DNA of 63,991 nt, the filler included, from Reclinomonas americana ATCC 50394 (taxonomy: Eukaryota), in assembly GCA_048213135.1 (NCBI GenBank). It is 17 parts of 17 records of this genome, joined end to end, with 100 filler letters (N's around TTAATTAATTAA, not from the genome) between each part and the next. Parts side by side here need not be neighbours in the genome. Positions count along the whole stretch, not along the records: positions 55,267 to 58,405 come from AFZH01018684.1; positions 58,506 to 59,788 come from AFZH01018687.1; positions 59,889 to 61,475 come from AFZH01018688.1; positions 61,576 to 62,836 come from AFZH01018689.1; positions 62,937 to 63,991 come from AFZH01018785.1; 12 more parts are not named here. The stretch is one strand, 5' to 3'. This document shows, one piece after another, positions 56,527-63,991 of the stretch (position 1 is the first letter of the stretch; every line of letters starts with the position of its first letter). A program made the position numbers and the translations under genes. The notes beneath the pieces were generated by a model, which was not told where the DNA came from, searched no databases, and worked only from the letters and a program-made list of their open reading frames with translations.

Positions 56527-58505
56527 TTGACGTCAGCGACTGGTGAGAGAGAGAGAGGGAGAGGGAGCGGGAGAGTGAGGGAGAGGCAAACCCTTTACTC
56601 TTGTGAGGTTGCATGTGCGCGCGACAAGGATGAAAATCGGAAGAATTAATGATGTCGACATCGACCGATGTCGACCGTCGATGTCGAGTCGACATTCCGA
56701 AGGACGAGGTGAGTGGCGGAGCGCGTGCGCGAGATGTTGTCGATCACCACGCAGTTGCGCTTATGAAAGCCAAACAAGCGACAGCGCATCTTATCGACGT
56801 CTCTGTCCTGTCTCTATATATCATTTCTTCTCGCACACACACATATGGAGCTCGAGAACATCATCGCGTTAACGTATGTCTCGTCTCTTTCCTCTCTTCT
56901 CTTCTTCTCCTTCCGCACATCTCACACTCATGATCGATATCATTCGCGCGAACTCTCTCTCTATCTCTTTTCTCTTTACAGTGAAGCATCGGGCATCCCG
57001 GCCATGAAGCCCTTTGGATCCATTGTTGACCAAAGTATGGCTCCGCACCAGTGCTTTGCTGTTGCGTGTGTGCCAAAAACCACAAACAGACAGATAGTTT
57101 TTTCTCATGCTTTTCAATCTGCTCCCAATCAGGGCGACATTTGCAGCCTTGATGGATGGTGTGGGGGCACTGGCGCCAACTGATCACACGCACTGCAGCT
57201 GCGAGAGCGCATCATTGAGTGAGTCATTGTGTCATATGCATCAAGTATCTTGCTTTTTTGCTGCGTCTCTGTGTCTTCCTTCTTCGCCTCTCCTCCTTCA
57301 CAAGTTGTGTGATGTGTAATTGAATGCGTATGAAGGGCGCACAACAAAAGAATGTGTTCCGTGTGGCCGACAGAGCTCGCCTTTTTTTATAAAGGCGAGC
57401 ACTCTGACAAGGTGTTCATGAACAGTTTCTACCACTATTTTCCATGTGGTTTTGTGCTGCGGGCCAGCTGCTGACTCGATCACGCATCACAGCTGATAGT
57501 AAACAGGAAGCACCTTCCCCAGCCAGTACAGTGTTGCTCTGCCACCCGTTCATAAAATCGATATTGCACCGCTTTGTCTTCCTCTCACTCATCAACATGG
57601 AGCAAGCCACTGCCACGTTGCGTCTCTTGCACGTCCACCCTGCACGCACGTCACGTGCGCTCACTCACTGCTCGCCCCACAGTGGAACCAATGTCGCCGC
57701 TGGTCTCTAGCGCGCGCCTTCTCTCTTTGTGTGTGACAATCGTTCTCATTCGTCGCGCAGGTGCGTTCTCTGACACATGCGCTGCTCCGATGATGGAAGT
57801 GCCGCTCGTTGCGTGTTCTTTGCGCGCGCTCGTGCATGAAGAAGATATCGATCTCATCATTCCTTCGTTGTCTCGCTGTCTCTCTGTGCGTGCGTGTGCG
57901 CAGAAGCTCACGTCGATTGGCTGCCTGGACAACTGGCTTGCGTCGTCGGAGAACTGAGGGCTTGGCCACTGCGCCTCTCTCTGTGTGTGTGAATGTGTCA
58001 CCTCTGGTCACTCTCTCACAATGTATTCTCCGCGACGTCGCCACTGCCTGCGTGTTTCTTGGTGTGATAATGAAGCCGCGTGGCGCTTGTCACTCTTCGT
58101 CGCTGCTCCTTTCTTCATGTTGCTGTGCATTTCCGGCTTGTGATTCCATGCATGCTGTTGTCTCCACCGACGTGGATCTTCCTTGTTGCTTTCAGTCTCC
58201 GGCGTCGGGCTACCAGTCAGGCAGTGAGAAACGCCTGCCTTCGCTGCTCTCCGTCGTTCAACCACCACAGCTCCCCTTTCGTCTTTTCCTTCCTCTTCGG
58301 CACTCATGAGCAGGCTCAACCAAGACAGCTCTCTCGTTGCATTCAACGCCTCCTCCTTCCGCGTCGCCAAGGGTCGCAACAGCGCCAGGTGAATGCCAAG
58401 GAGAGNNNNNNNNNNNNNNNNNNNNNNNNNNNNNNNNNNNNNNNNNNNNTTAATTAATTAANNNNNNNNNNNNNNNNNNNNNNNNNNNNNNNNNNNNNNN
58501 NNNNN

Positions 58506-59788
58506 CAGTTGACGGTCGCACAACAATATCATCAACAAAGCGACTCACTGGACGGAGTCGGAGGCTTTGCACTCGGGGACTCTGCGTGCACAGTGAGGTC
58601 ACAACTTTCCAATACGACGACGCAGAAGTCGTACCTTTGGTTGGCGGCGCTTGCGGTGTGCTGACCGGCTCTGTTCATGAACAAGCGTCGGAACCCGGCA
58701 AGAGAGATCATTACAAGAGAGAGATAACGACGACGACGACGTAACGTGTTCGATACAGGGTCTCGGCGTACACATGCGTTCCTACGACTGCGGCAGGCGA
58801 CTTGGCCGGTGCGGGAGCTGTGCAGTCCACCACGATGAGCGAGAAGAAACCAGCAAGTGCAGACATCCAACAGCGTGAGACATGCAAACCTGGCGACTTG
58901 GCTGTTGCCGCCTGTGGTCTTTGTGGCTCATCGTCATGCTCGCCAGAGTCCTCCGAGTATTCGCTCTCCGAGTCTGCCGTCACGTGTGAGTTCGCAGGGC
59001 AAACGTGACTCGAAAAATGTATGATATGAAAGTTCACCGGCAATGACGGCTGGCGGCTTTGGATCAGGCAGGCGGGCATTTGGTGGTGGTGGTGGTGCTT
59101 TTATGGCCGAGGTTGGTGTCTTGCCGCCTTGCGACACAGCGGGCGGCAGCTTGGTCGGAGTCGAGGCACTCCCGTTAGGACTCGACTTGTGCATGCTGGG
59201 GGACGAGGCCGCAGGAGCCGCTTGCACTGACGGCAGCGGTGACGATGCTGCGGGCGCCGCAGGTGGTGGTGCCTTGCTCGCTGCAGGCGGTGTTCGCGCC
59301 GCAGGCGGTGTGTGAATGGCGGCAGCCATGGGTTGTGCCGGTGGAGGGAGCGGTTCTGCACAGCGCGCGAGTGAGCGAACGAAATAATAAAGTGGCGGCA
59401 CGAACACAATCGGCACGTACTGCTGTTGGACGCAGGCGCGGGCGCAGCTGGTGACTTTCGCACAGGCGCGTCGTCGTCGCTGTAGCCGCTGTCGTCCGAG
59501 TACTCCTCGTCGTCATCACCATCTTCTTCGCTGGCACTGACCTCCTGTCGATGGTGGTGCACTGCCCCGTTGGCCGCGGCGGCGTGCGCATTGGCGACGG
59601 CGGTAGCAGCAGCAGCAGCAGCAGCAGCAGCAGAGCCATGTGGCGGGTGCCCGTGATGCGCAGCCTCCCGAGTCGCCGGAGGTCGACTGTGTCCGTGTGA
59701 TGTGACGGCACGAGACGGTCGCAGGTGTGAAACCGCCGGAGAACCATGCTCAAACAACGCAGTGACAGCCTTGGGTCGCGGAACGAGT
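58506..59788 (-). CDS. Fragment of a Pro/Ala/Ser-rich low-complexity protein
   Basis: Spliceable ORF pieces with repeated EYS(D/E)DSG..DD and KSPAA motifs. Confidence 0.4.
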
Positions 59789-60058
59789 NNNNNNNNNNNN
59801 NNNNNNNNNNNNNNNNNNNNNNNNNNNNNNNNTTAATTAATTAANNNNNNNNNNNNNNNNNNNNNNNNNNNNNNNNNNNNNNNNNNNNCTACACAAGAGA
59901 GACAGTGAGTGACTGGTGTGTAAGACAGAGAGAGAGAGAAGGCGAGAGACTGTACCTCGTAGAGTTGCGCAGACACCTCCATTGCCAATGAAAACAAAAC
60001 GGTCGTTGCGAATCAACGGACCGGATGACCGAAAACTCTTACACCTTATCTCATCTCA

Positions 60059-61475
60059 ATGCAGCGTCGCTCATCGTCGCCTTTATCGTCTTCCTCTTCG
60101 TCGTCTTCATCGTCACCGGTGTCGTCATCGGCGGCTGATTCGCCGAGTGGAAATCAGCTGGATCGAGCGTTTGCCAGTGCGTTGCATGTGGTTGGTGAGA
60201 CGCATGCGCGGCAGGTGGCGGCGTTGCAGAGGCAACTGGCGGAGATACGCGTGCATCGCTCGTCTGAGGTGCGCCTCGTTCTCAGTGCGATCGCAGCGTG
60301 TGTTCGCTTTTGATTGATGTTTTTTCGCGCGCAAATCATGGGCATGCACAGATCGAGGTCGCGCGATCCGAGTCGGTGCAGGTGCGCGTCGAGCTGGCGG
60401 AGGAGCGACGAAAGGTTGTGTGTATGCGTTGTATTCGCGATGCGCGGCTTTTGTCTTGGCGATGACCGGCTTGTTGCAGAATGAGGAGCTTCGAGGTGAG
60501 GTGGAGAAGCTGCGGTTCTTGCTCGTGTCGAGTGAGCGGCAGGCGAAGCAGGCGCATCAGGAGCGGCAGTTGCTTGCGCGGAGGGAGACGGATGTGTCGG
60601 AGGTGTGCTGCATGCGCGCTGGTGGCGTGCAGGAAGAGTACTGAGCGTGTCGTGTCGTACAGACGAACCGGCGACTACAAGCCGATGTGTTGCGGTTGCG
60701 TGAGGAGCTGCTGCGTGCGGAGCAGCGGTCCACCGAGGCGCGAGAGCAGCTCCAGCGGTTGCAGTCGTTTCAGTCGGTACTCGGCACTGTGGACAGAGAG
60801 AGAGAGTGGTTTATTATATCGCTGACAGACTGTCGCGCAGGCCATTGTCAAAATGGTGGAGACACGCGGCTCTTCTGTGGTCGAAGGTGCTTTTCGTGGC
60901 CAGTCCATGCATCACGCACACCGGTGGGCGCTGACTCGCGATTGTAGGGCCACCGACAGTCGTCTCTCACCGCGAGACCACCGCCTCCCCGACGCCGTTG
61001 CGTCCCTCCTCCTCCCCCCGTCGATGGGCGCTGAAGATTGCTGCTGCTTACTCCCTGCGCACAGCGTTCCCCGGTTCACTCGCTCCGACTCGTCGACCAT
61101 GTCGTGGATGTTGCCCGACCGCGAGGTATTGCAGTCGCCGTTCCAGTCATTGTCTTTCCTCTTCCCCGTCTCACCACTGCGCTCAGCGACCAACCTCCAG
61201 TTGCGAGTCGCTTTTATCTCCTTTCACACTGTGCATTCGTCTCACGTGGCGCAGATGGCGGCACGCAGAGTCTGAGCACATTCCACCCACCCGACGACAC
61301 GGCCGCAGCCTTCAGTTCGTCTGGGCGTGGAGAACTGCGACAGAGTCACCTGGGTGGCACCACTCCACCTCGGCACGACCGTCGCGCGTCGCCCGAACTC
61401 GAGCAGTATGTTGCGTTGTCGTCTGATCATATCACCTGGTGCGCTGCTGACGTGCTGTGCGCACAGGGCGTGTAC
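60059..61475 (+). CDS. Coiled-coil hypothetical protein, 3' truncated
   Basis: First five exons join in phase 0 into a continuous E/R/Q/L-rich coiled coil; later exon phases are uncertain. Confidence 0.55.
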
Positions 61476-61575
61476 NNNNNNNNNNNNNNNNNNNNNNNNN
61501 NNNNNNNNNNNNNNNNNNNTTAATTAATTAANNNNNNNNNNNNNNNNNNNNNNNNNNNNNNNNNNNNNNNNNNNN

Positions 61576-62836
61576 CGGAAGTGGCAGCAGAGAGGCGACG
61601 GAGACTCTGCTGCTTGCGGAACTCTTGCTTCCATACGTCGAGGGTGGCAGAGTTGATGTCGCCTGGACGCATGGAAGGTCCCAGTGAGCTGTCACTGCCG
61701 ACGCGCCGTGGGGCGGCAAGGTCGTCCAGTGTGCGCTGTGACGAATTCTGTCGCGCCAAACGGAATCGCGAACTCCGTCGTGCCAGTGCACCGCCGGCCG
61801 TCAGTGAGCTCTGCACACATATCTATCAGAGAAATGCGACACGGCAGGCAGTAGTTTCGCTCCCGTCCCTCTCACCTGACTGTTTCCTCGAGTGATGGGG
61901 GGGAACTGCACTCCACCGGCACTCGATGTGGACGATGAGCGCACCAGCGGCGGCATGCCATTGGCACCGGGTGCGATGCTCACTCGTGCCACCGATCGAC
62001 GAGCCTCGCGGAAGGAGGGGATGGCCGCACCACCGCCGCCACTGGCGGCCGAATTCCTTCTTTCGAATGCCGGATCGCCGCGGAAAGTCGAGCCTTGTCG
62101 CCGCAGGATGCCGGGGTCGGTAGACACGCGCACCAGACGATTGACTGTCGTGCAAACGATAAGGCGACACAACAATCCCACACACATGACACAGACGCGG
62201 GAGGTGGCTCACCAGGAGCGGGCGCCGACGGTGCACCCACGGCCAGTCCAATCATGGCCTCCTCCAGCCGCCGACGCAGCTCCTCCTCTTCCACCGAAAC
62301 TCGACGTGCCTCGCTTCGTCCGGGACTGTGAGGGCGCGAGTTGCCGGCACTTCCTCCCTTGATGGTGCTGTCGTGCAAAGAGACAGTGAGAGTTTTGTTC
62401 ATACGAGAAGCGTGCATGGTAGTGGAGTGGATGCAACTGTGGAGCGTCGAGATATGCTGTGCCGTCGGCCAGCTCGTCGCGTGAGAGAGACCTGCAACGC
62501 AACATGGTGAGGGACACAGGCATGCGCCCCACCGTCATGTTGCTGCTTTCTCACCTCAAGTACGTCCTGCGATCGAGCTCCTGCGGTGTCAGCTCGTCCG
62601 TGTCGAGCTCGTCGGCATACTCGAACTCGTCCACGTGCACCGCAGGGCGATAGTGATGCGGCGCAGTCATACCCTTGTCACGAATGGTCTGCACTCGACG
62701 CGGTGAGCAAACTCGTCCACATCATCGCTCTGCTTCACGGAGCATGACACACACACCTCCTCCACGTCGACGGCCGGCGGGCTCGGTGGCACCGACATGC
62801 TCGGTCGCTTTTTCTTGCTGGCCAAATCCTGCAGCT
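61576..62836 (-). CDS. Fragment of a hypothetical disordered protein
   Basis: Coding-like pieces (VDEFEYADELDTDELTPQELDRRTYL; RRVSVEEEELRRRLEE; TLDVWKQEFRKQQSLRR) separated by GT-AG-like introns. Confidence 0.4.
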
Positions 62837-63345
62837 NNNNNNNNNNNNNNNNNNNNNNNNNNNNNNNNNNNNNNNNNNNNTTAATTAATTAANNNNNNNN
62901 NNNNNNNNNNNNNNNNNNNNNNNNNNNNNNNNNNNNATGCGAGAGAGTGACAGGAGTAGGAGGCCGAGAGAAGAGAGGCAGAGTTTTTTTTACATGTGGG
63001 AGAGCAACCAAAGCTGGAGACTGGCTGGCAAGAGGGGGAGAGAGGAGTGGCAGAGCTGTCTGTCTTGCAGGCGTGACCAGAAGCTGCACATGAGACAGAG
63101 ACAGGAGGAGACTGAGTACTGTCTGCCTTGCATGCTTTAAGACAAGACGTGCACGGCGAGGGGAGACTGGAAACATGCACAATGAGGAGCTGCGAGACAG
63201 GAGAGATAGGGAGAGAGAGATCGAGAGAGAAAGAGAGTGCGTTAGAGTTGTCCGCGTTGAAGCGACAGCAACCAGAAGCTGCCAATGAGACCAGGAGACA
63301 TAGTGGCAAGAGAGGGAGGGAGGGAGGGAGGGAGGGAGTGAGTGA

Positions 63346-63378
<33 letters not shown>

Positions 63379-63779
63379 GAGGAGGCAGAGCTGTCGACCA
63401 TGCATGATTTGGAGATGTACATCGATGTGGGCGAAGGACTCGTTGAGATGAGTGAGAGAGGAACGCGCCTGCGAGCTGTGTGTGACACTGAAAGGATTAT
63501 TGGCAGTGAGACAGTGTCGCGCTGTTAGATTCCTCGATCCTCAATTACTTCGCGAGAGAGAGCGCTTCATTCACCTCTGTTTTTTTCTTGTTTTGTTTCG
63601 TTACAGGCACTCTGGACGTTGGCGTTGCGTCTCCCTTGCTGTCTCTCTCACCGCTGTAAGTGAAACTCAAACCGCGATTCATCTGCACAGCTGTGGCAGA
63701 TCAACCAATCCAACTGGTCGTCTTGCAGCGGTGGCCGCGCCCCGTGCGATGTCGGTGTGTAGGAACTGCTCCCTTTTCT

Positions 63780-63991
63780 TCTTCTCGCTCCTTCCTCTCG
63801 CTCTCCCCCTCTCACTCTCCCCCACTCGCCCTCCTCTCCCTGCCTCCTCCTTTCTCGCTCTCCCTCTCTCGCTCTCCCTCTCTCGCTCTCCCTCTCTCGC
63901 TCTCCCCCTCTCGCTCTCCCCCTCTCGGTCTCCCCCTCTCGCTCCCCCTCTTACCCCCCTTCTCTCGCTCTCCCCCTTCCCCCTCTCGCTC
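63780..63991. repeat. Pyrimidine-rich minisatellite, ~14-15-bp unit CTCTCGCTCTCCC
   Basis: Directly visible tandem units up to the window end. Confidence 0.8.

Noticed and set aside
56650..58405. Small spliced genes at ~56650-57180 and ~57597-57957
   Set aside because: Splice-like signals exist, but no recognisable product or unambiguous frame could be built.

Overview
Eukaryotic draft-genome sequence from an intron-rich, probably flagellated protist (it carries a CFAP97-domain gene). It consists of 17 pieces joined by artificial ~100-nt N/TTAATTAATTAA/N spacers, and several genes continue in phase across spacers. The standard genetic code and GT-AG introns of mostly 60-110 nt explain the conserved genes, so the six-frame ORF track is largely misleading. 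Positions 1-10749 look like the right part of a large CACTA/EnSpm (CMC)-type DNA transposon with an intron-containing DDE transposase, two paralogous accessory genes, subterminal repeats and a CACAG terminus. Host genes reconstructed by hand: DUF1295 steroid-reductase-like, glutaryl-CoA dehydrogenase (5' part), arylamine N-acetyltransferase, stomatin-like protein 2, Nup155, Myb-like (partial), a coiled-coil+PH+SWIRM protein, SRSF11/SREK1-like, CFAP97D2-like, AGC kinase (partial), two WD40-type proteins and several hypotheticals. The most striking signal is a two-class 5' splice-site code. Exons ending in G use G|GTNNG donors, whereas exons ending in A/C/T almost always use a one-base-shifted |GTT(G/A/T)(C/A)G donor, mostly GTTGCG. 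By my manual count this second class is about 18 of 64 introns in the conserved genes. All gene models and family assignments come from manual reading and motif recall; no database search was run.
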